From Octopus sinensis (Eukaryota): a stretch of DNA of 64,000 nucleotides. Of this stretch, positions 1-14,159 are shown one piece after another. The translations under genes were made by a program, and so were the position numbers. The stretch's first letter is position 1. Every line of letters begins with the position of its first letter. The notes beneath the pieces are model-generated. The model searched no databases and was not told the origin of the DNA. It saw nothing but the letters and a program-made list of their open reading frames with translations. The DNA lies in NCBI RefSeq assembly GCF_006345805.1, contig NC_042997.1, positions 179,924,001 through 179,988,000 on the forward strand, written 5' to 3'.

Positions 1-680
1 TGAGAGTTACTCATAAAATACTCGCCTATAATTTAGAAAAATTCATATTTCGGGGGCTTGCGTCAAAATGTCTCCAGTGAAGGTAAAACATCGAAAGAAA
101 AATCACGGATACAAATCTTTTTGTATTTTTCCATTCAAATTATGTTTATGTGCATATCATCTACCGTCTCCTCATAGAAGAGATAGGCACAAACACATAC
201 ACACACATACATATACACACATATCTATACATGAGATGACACAATATGTACGTATTTCAATGTAAATGGTATGAGTGTATAATTGATCATTGTATGTACA
301 TTAGCATAAAACGCTTTTTTGTTACACAGGATGTAATTATTTTTCTCGAGGATAAGCTTGTGTAATTATATGCAGACAACTTCTATCTTCATCAATAGGA
401 CAGCAGATAGAGACAACTCGTCGCTATAAACTCATCTATATATATATACTGTAGGTTATCGTAAACTGAGAACGTTGAGTGTTTTTAAAACGAGGAACCA
501 TTTCGTTTTTGATGCAAAATCTTGTAGAAATTATGAATTAATACTTAAAATTGAAACCACAGATTTATAGCTATATCACTAGAACTCAAAGTCATGATTA
601 AGGTGAGCACAATAGCAAAAATTAAATAGAGAGCGGTGAGGATAGGAGTACACTTGTGTATATATTTAAATGTCTTTATA

Positions 681-1095
681 GGCGGCGAGCTGGTAGAAAC
701 GTTAGCACACCGGGCGAAATGCTTTGCGGTATTTCGTCTGCCGCTACGTTCTGGGTTAAAATTCCGCCGAGGTCGACTTTGCCTTTCATCCTTTCGGGTT
801 CGATTGAATAAGTACCAGTTACGCACTGGGGTCGATGTAATCGACTTAATCCATTTCTCTGTCCTTGTTTGTCCCTTCTGTGTTTAGCCCCTTGTGGGTA
901 GTAAAGAAATAGGTATTTCGTCTGTCGTTACGTTCTGAGTTCAAATTTCGCCGAGGTGGACTTTGCCTTTCATCCTTTCGGGGTCGATAAATAAAGTACT
1001 AGTTTCGCACTGGGGTCGATGTAATCGACTTAATCCTTTTGTCTGTCCTTGTTTGTACCCTCTATGTTTAGTCCCTTCTGGGCAATAAAGAAATA
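681..1095 (+). mobile_element. tRNA-derived SINE family A, dimeric copy (full unit plus partial tandem unit)
   Basis: Starts GGCGGCGAGCTGGTAGAAACGTTAGCAC; body GTTCAAATTCCGCCGAGGTCGACTTTGCCTTTCATCCTTTCGGGGTCGATAAA occurs twice; flanked by 20-bp direct repeat TATATATTTAAATGTCTTTA (659-678 and 1096-1115), read as a TSD. Confidence 0.85.
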
Positions 1096-1947
1096 TATAT
1101 ATTTAAATGTCTTTAGAATGGTGCACTTGAGTGTGAAGAATCTAACCGAAAGAGGTTTTACTGGAAGTCTACTTTTTTTGTTTAGAAGATAGTTTTTAAT
1201 ATACACCCTACCATTGACTCATGATTGATTTTACATCGCTACCTTTCTATTATCCTGCTGTTGAAGAGAAGAGATATGTCTACATATTTACATATATATC
1301 CTAGAATTATATTCTAATCCTAGAATTACAATTATATCCTGGAGAAATAATTTGTCTAGTGTATAAATAAATATGAATCTTACTATATATGATTTATGTA
1401 TTATTGATGTAGACTTACACAAATTTATTGAGGTCTTTGGCAGAATTTACAAACATAAATTATTGAGGGATTTCGTCAATATTTACAGCTATCTGACACT
1501 AAATTTCTTGAGAACAATTTCAAATTTTTAGTCCAAAATTTCAGAGTATTTGATATGAAGAAGATTGTCCAAGAGAGATTTAACTTAAAATTTACTGTAT
1601 ATACCTAGTGATTATTTCGAAAAACTGCCTTTCTGATGTATTGCTAATGAATAATAAAGGCATGTATATATTTGTAACTAGTGTGTCCTTGTTTTATGTA
1701 ACAAACACTCTTTCAGAAGGGTTTGTTTACTTTCCATAGATGTAACGTTTCAAATATTTGCTACCTTGAATTAGTGTACCAGGTAGTTTATATAAGTTGT
1801 TGATGTAATCGAATTTATTTGGTGCTGCTATTATCGACTCGGAAAGCATGTAGAAAGGCATAAATAGGCGCTATGTTTGTTGCATTCTACATACGTACAT
1901 ACAAGCAAGTGCATACAAACACTGAAACACACACACATACACATCGT

Positions 1948-2191
1948 TTGCTTATTTCAGCCATTAGAGTGCGGCAATGCTGAAACACCGCTGTGAATGG
2001 TTTTAGCCGATCGAATCTACCCGAGTACATATGTTTTTTTGTTTTTTTTTAAACTGGTTCCCATTCTATTGAATTTTTCCAGCCGAAACGCTATGTTTCG
2101 GCGATGTAAATAAACAAACGAACCAAATCCGGTTATCAAGTGGTGGTATGTGGATGGAAAAATATACAATGATAGGCACCGATACATATGC

Positions 2192-2272
<81 letters not shown>

Positions 2273-2400
2273 TAGATAGATACATACATACATACATACA
2301 TACATACATACATACATACGGCAGGCTTTTTCAGTTTTCTACAACCAACTCTACTCGCAAAGTTTTCGTTAGTCCAAGGCTATATTAGAAGACACTAGCC
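1948..2400 (-). mobile_element. SINE family B (internal microsatellite), degenerate
   Basis: Reverse-complement similarity to 11907-12418 on both sides of an internal (TA)(GA)(TACA) tract. Confidence 0.65.
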
Positions 2401-2899
2401 AATATACATGCATACACATGCACAAACACATATATGCGCTATGATTACTGAGTCCAAAAAAAATTGCACTAATTATTCAGGCTGTATGTGTTAAAATTTC
2501 AAACCATTCGAGACGAATGGTGCTTTTCGTTTTTCGGGTACGATAAGTAAGAGCATTGAACTGATAGATTTGCCTGAGTATTGGACGAGATAGTTTGCGG
2601 TAATTGTTTTCAATTCTAAGTTCAAATGTACTGTGGCCTACTAGGAGGATCGCCGGTTTTAATACCAGTGGTGGGTGCTTGGTTGCTTGCAGAGGAATCA
2701 GCTATGTTATAAGCAAAAGCAGTGGGGATACTGGATTCCCTTGCACTTCTCATGCCTCTCGGTAACCCTGGAATCTATCTCGAGCACTTCCCTGCATTCT
2801 GTACAAAGCAAGAAAAACTCACACAATACACACACTCACATACATAATATATATACACACATATGCACATACTCAATACATATATATGTATATGTATGG

Positions 2900-2936
<37 letters not shown>

Positions 2937-3970
2937 GGGCGGGGAGGAGAGAGTTAGGAAATGTGCATGAATATGTAAGTACCTGTTTGTAATTAGTTGT
3001 TCTACGTATATTGATAAACTGTGATAAGTTTCAAATAGTGAAATGTATGAATATAGTGAATTTAAGATGTCAGATCATCAATACCGTATCTCTCTCACTG
3101 ATTTTAGTTCAAATGATAGAGAGAGAATCTGCGTCCGCCCTCGAATAATTACGAGGCCATTCTCTTTGGAGTAATACAACATGGTATTATGCTAAACCCG
3201 GTGTGAACGAAGTGCGAGAGGAACAAGAAGTATTCAAAAGAGATTAAAAAATAAACAATAAGGAGGAATTACAACCGTGTTTCCTGGTCTGCCACCACAA
3301 CAGCTCCTTTATAGGATCCAGTTAGCTCAAGACATCATCAGGAGGAACCACGTCCGGTTTCGGTCCCTACTCCTCTACCGTTTTGACGTGGCGGGGCCCC
3401 AATTTCGGAGGTGTCTTCAGATCTCTGTGTTGGGTGCACGTCTTATTTCTTCTTTCTTCTGTTCCCTGGCCTCTTCAATGTATCGTCAGCGAGTGTCAGC
3501 CAGTGACTGACTGACTTGTCAAATTTTTTCCCTTTAAATAATAAAAGATCCCACCTTCTCAAGCCGTTATCTTTGAGTATTAGTCTCATGAGAATTAACC
3601 ACAATATAATACATAGATTAATCCTCACAGAGATCAATTATAGAGAAGTTTAAGCTACAAAATTGGGTAAGAAGGATCCGACATTTGAGTATTGGGGACA
3701 GGCAACAAATATATTACGGATAAACTGATTTATGCTGACCTCACTGAAGGAGCAGTCTTAAAAGACAAACTTTTCAAATATTGAGATGATGTTAATATAA
3801 CTCCCACAAACCTCCGATGGATTTAATGAATTTCAAGCTAAACACATCGGAAGTTTCCTATATCGCCCAAAACTAGAACAATATTTGGGTAGGATAAATA
3901 CTCTTTTCAACTGTTGCGATACCATACTTTTATTCGGGGTAACCTTAAACGAAATTCCTGTAGTAGTAGT

Positions 3971-4003
<33 letters not shown>

Positions 4004-6146
4004 CATGTCATTGAAGAGATCGCGACGTTTTTTTGGCGGACATGACATTGATTGATTACCCGGACGATTGCTAAATCGACCATTTAGTTGGTTAAATAGG
4101 CAACCAATCGGCATTTTTTTAATGAAGTGAAAGTGTATCAATGCGTGTGATTATTATTGGCGCAATGACCCTTTCGAGATTCAATAATATATTATTTATA
4201 TATTTCACTCATGTATGTGTTGTTTTACTAATTTTCAGTACTATTATTGCCCGATGTCTTCATCCTGTTACAAATTTTTAATGAACTTTTATTTATATAC
4301 TCAGCCATGTATGTCGTAAGCCTTAAATTTATAGTGCCTGTTTTGCATGTGTGACACTTTGGCTACCAAACAAAAGACTATTCTTGTTATCATAATTATT
4401 ATTAGCTTCTTTCATAACTTGCTTATTACAAATTATTCGAATAGATCTTTCAATAATACTCTCCCAAAGCCTAATACTTTTAACCAATACCCATTAGAGG
4501 AATATATGACTGGTTAATAAGCAACAATATTCGTTCATTCTATATTTTTTCGAAAACATGTTTCCGTAATCCATTTACCATTTGCTCATTTGCTTTTCTC
4601 TTTCCTGCAATTTGTTTCTCTGTCCATATTCACTTATTAAAATTCATTACCTTTGTTATATTTTGTGCTTTATTTTGTTTCTTTCCATCTGTTTCATTCA
4701 TTCATTTCTTCATTTTTCCCAGCTTCTCTTATTACCCATATTTCAAATTACTACCGGTCACTACTTATTAAATTATATATGCTACTGTTCTCTGTTCTAG
4801 TCTACTCTGCTCTGTGCTAGTCTGAACTCCTGACGTCTAGGCTTCTCCCTCTATATCTACGTTTTGGGCTAGCCTACTTCATCGTCTGGGGGCGTCCACA
4901 GAACAATATATATATATATATAAATATATGTAACGCAACCCCCACACACACACAAATTACGCATATAGCTTTAGCTTGTCAAGCCGACTCGCTCTCTCTG
5001 AAGGAAAGAGATTTTGAAACATCTGTCCTTGCTGTAATGAAATGATAAACCGAAAGTGATTGTCTGTAATTGTGTGTGAAACTCTAAAAAGTATCACTTT
5101 CCGATGAAGTAGTGTCATATAAGGCTTGTATCATTTTTTCTAGAAATTTTATTGCATAGCACTTTACATCGAAAGACGTGCTGTATTCATTCATTGCAAA
5201 TAGTTACAATTATTTTCCATTAACACCTTTTTCTACACTCATACAATGCATAAAGTACATCACTCTTTATATCCGTGCATTATTTACTTGGCGGTCCAGT
5301 TACGTATTCCAGGGTGACAAATTTGACCTGTTTGTTTACTTTAAGTAATGCATCTAAAAAGCGGTATTATATGAATAAATATGTTATCTAATGATTAATA
5401 TTTCATTTGTTGTCAAGAGATAATAGTGATTTGATGAATATAAATGAGTGGTTGAGATTGTGTTAAAAAGCTTCACATTAGTTAAATGGGTTTTGTTTCA
5501 TTTTAATATTAATTTGACAAGTTCTACTACACTCTACGAAAACTAAGTTTGCATTTTTTTAATATCTGACGCCAATATGTCTGGCAGTCACATCAATAAT
5601 GTATCTGGCTAATCATTCCACTTTAGTGGTTTCACACAGATTTAGAGCGTAAATGATACCAAATAGCCAAGTGGATAAACTATCAAGTCTTTCATGTACC
5701 TAGAGTTAAAACTTGTAAATGCTTTTCATTGATTACATAGCGCTTAATAAAATTGCTATTTATTACTCAGATTTTGGGTATAGATACGAAACACTGTTCT
5801 AAGTAAAACATTCAAAGCGGATTTGCTTGTCTTTCTAGAAGTATATTTTGTATATTTAATTTTCATACATCAGGAGCAAAAGAAATCTATGCTGTTCAGG
5901 GTTCTCATTGAAATCGTTTTGTTCTTGAAAATAGCAACTTTCAAATATTCCTTCTGTGATTATACAAGCAATGCAATGAAAATAACAAATCTGATGAATA
6001 ATTCATAAAGGAAACAGCTACTGCATCTTCAAAATGCTACGTAATTTTTTTCAGAATGTTGTTTGTAAGGCAAATAATCATAATTATTTATGACCGATAA
6101 AAAAGCAGCATGTCGTGTGTCAAATTTAAAAAGACTGCAATCAGTC

Positions 6147-6392
<246 letters not shown>

Positions 6393-9114
6393 TTAGAATA
6401 ACTTAGAAAGGTTTTGGCCAGGGTTGGCCCAGGTCATGTCTAACTGTCTAGCTTAATAGCACCACCTGGCGAAACAGGTATATATATATATATATATATA
6501 TATCATACATAATACATACATATATGTGCGTGCGCGCGCGTGTGTATGTGTACGAGTAGGTGGGTAAATGCTCCTGCCTTTGGACAAGTGAAAATACAGG
6601 AGAATATTAATTATGATTTTATTCAACATATTACCCTCTCAGATTCGCACACTTATTACAGGAAATAAATTCCCAATATATGTTATTTGGAAGTTCCAGA
6701 TGTATTAGAATGTTTTGAACAATAATTTCACGCTTTAGATATTAGAAATTGTAGATTGCCTCATATTTTATACGATGAATAACGGGATTATTTTTGCTTT
6801 TGTACTTATTAAGAGACATAATCTGGTAGTTATTTCTTGGGATCAAGATCATAAATCCTTCACTTCGATTTCGCAGTCCCCCCCTAATAACAAGTTCATA
6901 TACTTTAATCATATTCTGTATTCTATTAATAGCCGATTGATATGCATTTGTGAAATATCCAGCCTTCTATTATTTTGCCAAACAGAAGGAAAAATTGAAC
7001 CTATTGCACCTATTATTTTTGAGATACCTATTCTATGACGATATAATAATGGTTTTGTTTCAGGAAGACAGAAATGTTAGTTTTAATAAATAGAAAATTA
7101 TATTTTGGTTTAAACTTACATGCGTGGAAAAATATTCAAAAGCTTCCTATGAACTCGAGTGTTGTACCTGATTTGAAGATTCGAATAATTTAAAATATTA
7201 CAGTGTTCTGGTGATTCCAAGCTGAAAACCTATACTCTGGGTTGATTAGAGCCTTGTGAATGATGAACTCCACAATTTTCGTTATTGATTTTAGTCTGAA
7301 GCGAAAAGTTGAGTTTAAAAACTGAATCCGTTAGTCAACAGTGATGGTATGCACGTTTTGAATTCAGTTTGTAACTTCGTATATCTAGAAAGATCTGGAA
7401 AGAAAGCACATCATTATAGCCGGACATATTGTCTGAGAATGACTTTATTCATAATATTTCTTTCTTTCGTATTTATCAATACAGAAAAGAAAGTATTTTA
7501 ACCCTCTAGGTAAAGGAAACAATGAGTCATATTGCAGCGTCTATGGTAATATTTGGTTGTCAACAAGTTTTGAAAGCAGTTATATTTTATTAACTACAAA
7601 GTAAAACTGTTTTTTGTGATAGCAATTTGATAAAACTACGTGTCAGAAGTGATTGAATCCAAACAGAATAAAAGAAACCGTAAAAGTATTTATGTTGACT
7701 CTTAGTATTACAAAAGATTCCACTTAACTTTGCTCTTGCTTGCAACTATCAAACCAGTAATGGTAGAGGTTACTGCAAGCCAGCCACCATATTGAATTAT
7801 AAGAATATTTATTATGAAAGCTGTTAGTGTAACTATTTCACTCGATGAATTCGGCGTTATTGTAAAAGAGGTTCAAACATTTCCCTCTCCTCCTCTCCTC
7901 ATCCTTGTTTCTTTTACCTCTTTTTCTCTTCATCATCGCTCTACTATTCATACAACATTTCTTCGTGCCTATCATAATTCTCATATTCATTTTATGGTTC
8001 AATTCTTTTCGTTACTTTATTCTATTTCTCGTTTCCAGTTTCGTTGTGCCTTACCCGATTCTCATAGACTTAGTATTTTATAATGTAGTATATTCATTGT
8101 TTAGAAAAAAGGGTCAGAGGTCGTGGCTATCTGCTGGCAGCTATTATTCGAGAAACGAGTTTCTTTCATTAGCTTCCTACTCCAATCTATATGTTGCACC
8201 ATATATGACGAGCAATCTCATCCAAATTAAAAGCAATTATAAGCTAAATAGCTATTAATTGAACTCAGCCTTTAGTTTGTTTCCTGTTGCAACTTCTATA
8301 ATTGTTACTAATCAAGCACATCTATGAAACTCATTTATTTCACTTCCAGTTAAAGATCCTAATGAAATTAAATTAAGAGAATGCCTAACGGTCGTAATTT
8401 TTGTAGATGCTTATGCGAGTGAAGTGCACTATTAACTGTAATACGGTATATTGTTTTGTCACCTTCGGATGTGTATGGAACTCGTTACGGGCTATACTTA
8501 GTAAATCATTTAGAAAACAAATGAAAAACAATCAATAACAATATTCTTGTATCTATAAAACATACAATGTTAAATAATTACAAACAAAAAACACAAAAGA
8601 CATATTCTTTTCGAATTTGTAGAATAATTACGAGCACCTGTATCCATTAATAAGCTAGTGAAGTCCTTTTAAATTTCTGTCTTTCTATAACATACAACAC
8701 AGGTTTTTGTTATAGCAAAAACATAACACGGAGATATTGACGTCATTAATGTATGTCCGTTTGCATTAATAAAGCAAATAAAGCTTGATTTCGCATTTTA
8801 TCCCTTGAAATTAAAATAAGTAGTAGATAAATGGTATTCTAAGTTTAAGAAAACTTGGCTTGTGGTTTTGTGTTAATATCACAAAACGTCCCAATTTCTT
8901 ACACACACTGTTCTTTTATTATAAATAATGAAGACCTACAATTTTAAAGGGAACATTTCTACATTATTAATGTTACCATCATACATTTGGCGCACACTTT
9001 ATTGATTGTAGGGAGCTGAAAGGTAGAAGAACTTAACAGAATGTGATCGTAGAATTTGGCGAAAACTATACCATTTCAAAGATATGATTGCTACAACAGA
9101 ACAACAGCAACAAT

Positions 9115-9117
9115 AAT

Positions 9118-9166
<49 letters not shown>

Positions 9167-9209
9167 GCTACTGCTGCTGCTGCTACAACTGCTGCTACCA
9201 CCACTACTT

Positions 9210-9242
<33 letters not shown>

Positions 9243-9332
9243 ATAATAATAATAATAAATAATAATAATAATAATAATAATAAGAAGAAGAAGAAGAAGA
9301 GAAGAAGAAGAAGAAGAAGAAGAAGAAGAAGA
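9115..9332. repeat. (TAC)n/(TGC)n/(TAA)n/(GAA)n compound triplet microsatellite
   Basis: Direct reading. Confidence 0.95.
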
Positions 9333-9344
9333 ATATACCTTTGT

Positions 9345-10075
<731 letters not shown>

Positions 10076-10080
10076 GCAAA

Positions 10081-10139
10081 ACTCTTCTGACGAGAACAAA
10101 GTGATCATTCACAATGTTCGAAATCACTGTGATTTGGGT
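10081..10139 (+). ncRNA. Type I hammerhead ribozyme-like motif (weak stem I)
   Basis: CTGACGA 10087-93; stem II GAACA/TGTTC with inner GTGA/TCAC hairpin; GAAA 10120-23; stem III ATCA/TGAT; triplet ATT; stem I only ACTC/GGGT with wobble. Confidence 0.5.
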
Positions 10140-10304
10140 ATGTCTCCTTTTTCGCTTTCGATTCTTTTTGTCTATGGTACATGGTCTTAAAATTTTACTG
10201 CTCGTTCCCTCAATTTCGCCCTTGTATAGAAATGAAAACTGGTTTTGAGCCGTTTTGGCTGCTATTTTTACAATGCTGGTGCTACAAGTAGTACCATTCA
10301 TTAT

Positions 10305-10367
<63 letters not shown>

Positions 10368-11189
10368 GCATAAATTTACATATGTACATATACATATAAA
10401 GAGAAAGAGATAAACAGAAAGAGACAAGATACAGGTTCCACAGGTTTTTATATTGGATTAATTTCTCTTGTTACCATTTTTATAATGATATTTGTCTTTA
10501 TTTCCCATTTCTGAACCTTTATATTCTGTTATAGCTAGTTTCCTAAAAAGAATTTCATCATTATTATCATACAAATTTTAAAAAAGAAAGAAATGATGAA
10601 AGTTTGGCTTTCGTGCAATTTAGACTAATTCATGCTAGACATATGAAACAGTGGAGCGGACGTGCGAAAGTATTTGCTTAGTACTGCCGAAAGATTGTTT
10701 GGTCTACTACGTGCTTATTGATATAGTTTAGGCTGCGTTCAATCCAGTACTTTAGTCTCACATCTGGCTGCTACGTGACAATTGCCACTTTATTTTGCAT
10801 AAAATTCAGTCAAGCGCTAGTGTACCCACTCAGAGAAAATAACAATTCCTAAAACACTTATTCATAATCTAATCTGGAGCTTTACACAGCTATATTTTCG
10901 TTACTGAACATACAACAAATAATTTCCTGTGCTTCATTGTAATTTTTTTTTTTATTTTATTCATTTATCTACAATTAGTTAAAATGAGAAGAGAATTTGT
11001 AATTATCATCCGCATATCTAGTTAGCTCCCTATTCCTCTCAGAGGAATATATTTACATTAAACCAACCATTATCATGATTTTCAACAAGTCGAAAGCTTA
11101 CGGTGTTTTTCTATGACACTCCCCTCTCTCCTCTCTACATACATATATATAAATATATGTGTGTGTGCTTATTTATCTATCCATCTATG

Positions 11190-11259
<70 letters not shown>

Positions 11260-11268
11260 CAGACAGGT

Positions 11269-11303
<35 letters not shown>

Positions 11304-11340
11304 CATATATATATATTATATATATATATATATATATAAA

Positions 11341-11839
11341 ATGTGAAATAGAAAGATGAATAATCTTGTAGTAGATTAATCAAAAGTTTAACCGATACCT
11401 TAGTAGCAAAAATCACAGCAGTAAACAGCACGGTTGGAGGTACAACCATCTGGCGTTGCAAACGTGCGTTGGTGCGGATAATTGAAATTAAAACATTATT
11501 GGTGAATTGAAGAAATGGAGCTGAACGCAGATTGAACAGAAATCGTTTTATTTCATTCTACACGTGTTTCGAAAGGCACAAATTACCAAAATCCGATTGA
11601 GTTTCGCCATGGGCTCTTAGGAGCACAGTTCGATTTGTTTTTTGCTACGCCTCTGTTCTGTTTTTGTTTTGTTTTTCCAACGGATTTCCTTTTTTCTTCC
11701 TGAAGAGAAAGACACAATATGGTCCCATTATTCAATCGGATTTTGGTAATTTGTGCCTTTCGAAACACGTGTAAAATGAAATAAAACGATTTCTGTTCAA
11801 TCTGCGTTCAGCTCCATTTCTTCTTCAATTCAAATAATG

Positions 11840-11841
<2 letters not shown>
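11341..11841. mobile_element. Penelope-like/retrozyme-like non-autonomous element with inverted partial copy
   Basis: 11492-11600 is the reverse complement of 11732-11841; bounded by (TA)n on both sides; contains an HHR. Confidence 0.7.
11693..11781 (+). ncRNA. Type I hammerhead ribozyme motif
   Basis: CTGAAGA 11700-06; stem II GAAAG/CTTTC plus CACAA/TTGTG; GAAA 11762-65; palindromic stem III ACACGTGT; triplet GTA; stem I TTTCTTC pairs with (G)AATGAAA, the G being retained in the inverted copy. Confidence 0.75.
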
Positions 11842-11899
<58 letters not shown>

Positions 11900-11906
11900 A
11901 TAGAGT

Positions 11907-12100
11907 GCAGGCGTAGTTGTGTGGTCAAAAGCAGGATTCCCAACGATATTGTTCCGGGTTCAGTCCCACTGCATGGCAACTGCACCAAGTGTCTTCTATT
12001 ATATCCTCAGCCAGTCCAAAGCCTTGTGAGTGGTTTTGACAAACGGAAACTGAAAGACGCCTGACGTATAAATATATATATTATATATAATATATATATA

Positions 12101-12148
<48 letters not shown>

Positions 12149-12418
12149 TATATATAAATATGTGTGTGTGTGTGTGTGTGTGTTGTGTGTCTGTGTGTCT
12201 GTGTTTGTGTGTCTGTGTTTGTCCCCGCCAACATCGCTTGACAACCGATACTGGTGTGTTTACGTCACCGTAAATTAGCGGTTCGGCAAAAGAGCCGATA
12301 GAATAAGTACTAGGCTTACAACGAATAAGTCATGGGGTCGATTTGCTCGACTTAAGGCACTGCTCCAGCATGGCCACTGTCAAATGACTGAAACAAGTAA
12401 AAGAGTAAAAGAGTAAAA
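11907..12418 (+). mobile_element. tRNA-derived SINE family B with internal (TA)n(TG)n
   Basis: A-box-like TGTGTGG, B-box GGGTTCAGTCCC, head ends GGAAACTGAAAGACGCCTGACG, internal microsatellite, conserved 3' half, (AAAAGAGT)n tail. Confidence 0.85.
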
Positions 12419-13011
12419 CCTCACCATCAACACATGCATCGGATTTTAAACATTTAATAAGTGAAAAACGACCACGTGGCTTCACAGGACCATAACATGG
12501 TAACATGGCTTGTTACTATGGAAACAGGCACCTATATATATGTGGTCTTCGATTGGCTGAAATTACCCAAAATTTGCAATCTTCAAAAGTTATTAACATC
12601 TTACTTATTGACTTATGGCGAAAATGATTTTCATGTCAATGATCACCAATGATATACCAAAATGCCCAATATGAAATTAACTGGAACAAAAATTCAAAAA
12701 ATTAGAAAGTGGCAGTCAAACAGAATAGATCCGGGGTGTAAACAGACAAACACTAGTAGTCAAGCGTTGGTGGGGAACAAATACAGACTCAAAGTCAACA
12801 CACATACATATATATTTATAGTGATATGTTCTCTCTCTTTCTCTCTCTCTCTCTCTCCCCATATACATATAACAGAAAAATTGTACAAAATGTATAAATT
12901 GATGATGTGTAAAGCACTAGCACAGTTTAGATTACCTGTTTTTATCAGTAGATTTACTGTAGGAACTTAGTAGAAGCGGTTGGGGTAACAGTATTAATTG
13001 AATAGGAGATG

Positions 13012-13080
13012 TGATGTGTAATAGAATTAATTGGGTATAATACATATTTCGACCCGTTCTTGGTCTCCTCAGGCACATCA
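13012..13080 (-). ncRNA. Degenerate type I hammerhead-like motif
   Basis: Minus strand: TGATGTGC-CTGAGGA-GACC aagaacg GGTC-GAAA ... ACACATCA; core and stem II exact, stem I 7 bp with one mismatch, stem III ambiguous. Confidence 0.4.
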
Positions 13081-13150
13081 ATAAAAAGGTCTCACTAAAG
13101 ATTCCTCGAGTCGGCTTACGTATCGCTATATATCCATCAAATTCGAGAAT

Positions 13151-13204
<54 letters not shown>

Positions 13205-13330
13205 ACTACGGGTTTCTTTCAAGTTCCGTTTATCACATCCATTCAAAAGGCTTTGGTCGGCTCAAGGCTATAGTAGGGGACATTAACCAAGGTGCCATGC
13301 AATTGGATTGAATCAAGAGCCACGTGAATG
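13205..13330 (-). mobile_element. SINE family B head fragment
   Basis: Reverse complement similar to the family B 5' half, next to (CA)n. Confidence 0.55.
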
Positions 13331-13452
13331 GAAATGAAACGTTTTATCACAGACCAACGTCTGAACCTACATGTATTTATATGTACATTACACACGCGCG
13401 CACACACATACACACACACACGCACACACATATATAGGTAAATATATGTATT

Positions 13453-13793
13453 GGAAGGCGCATGGCTCAGTGGTTAGAGCGTCGAGCTTACGATCGTGAG
13501 GTTGTAAGCTCGAATCCCAGACCGGGCTGCGTGTTGTGTTCTTGAGCAAGGCACTTTATTTTCACGTTGCTCCAGTTCACTCAGCTGTAGAAATGAGTTG
13601 CGACGTCACTGGTGCCAAGCTGTATCGACCTTTGTCTTTCCCTTGGATAACACTGGTGGCGTGGAGAGGGGAGGCTGGTATGCATGGGCGACTGCTGGTC
13701 TTCCATAAACAACCTTGCTCGGACTTGTGTCTAGGAGGGTAACTTTCTAGGTGCAATCCCATGGTCATTCATGACCGAAGGGGTCTTTACCCT
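13453..13793 (+). mobile_element. tRNA(Arg)-like SINE family C, full length
   Basis: A box TGGCTCAGTGG, ACG anticodon-like loop, degenerate B box AGCTCGAATCC, no acceptor stem; near-identical inverted copy at 47506-47842. Confidence 0.85.
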
Positions 13794-13827
13794 TTATATA
13801 TAATCCGCCTTATATTGTGTCATTATA

Positions 13828-13905
<78 letters not shown>

Positions 13906-13998
13906 ATATTGATTTATATACACCTTTATTTATATTTTCGTTGCTGAAATCTTTCGATTATCCCCAGTTACCGATGTATATTCCGACTTGTATATGTC

Positions 13999-14042
<44 letters not shown>

Positions 14043-14159
14043 TGTTTTTGTGTGAGTATGTCTGTGAATCTTTAAGTGTGTGCGTGCATGCGTGTGTGTA
14101 TGTAAGTATATATGTATATATAATGTATGTATGTGTATATATAGATATACATAAGATGT

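Noticed and set aside
3255-3350. Minus-strand CTGATGA ... GAAAC ... GTA arrangement in a GC-richer island
   Set aside because: Core and stem III are present but the flanks (TTCCTC on both sides) cannot form stem I, and stem II is irregular; the island's origin is unresolved.
4995-5045. CTGAAGGA...GAAACATCTGTC after (TA)n
   Set aside because: Core has an extra base and there is no stem I pairing.
13456-13530. tRNA-like sequences at SINE heads (also 46600-46672 and 47770-47842)
   Set aside because: No acceptor-stem pairing, and each continues into a repeated SINE body, so they are not tRNA genes.
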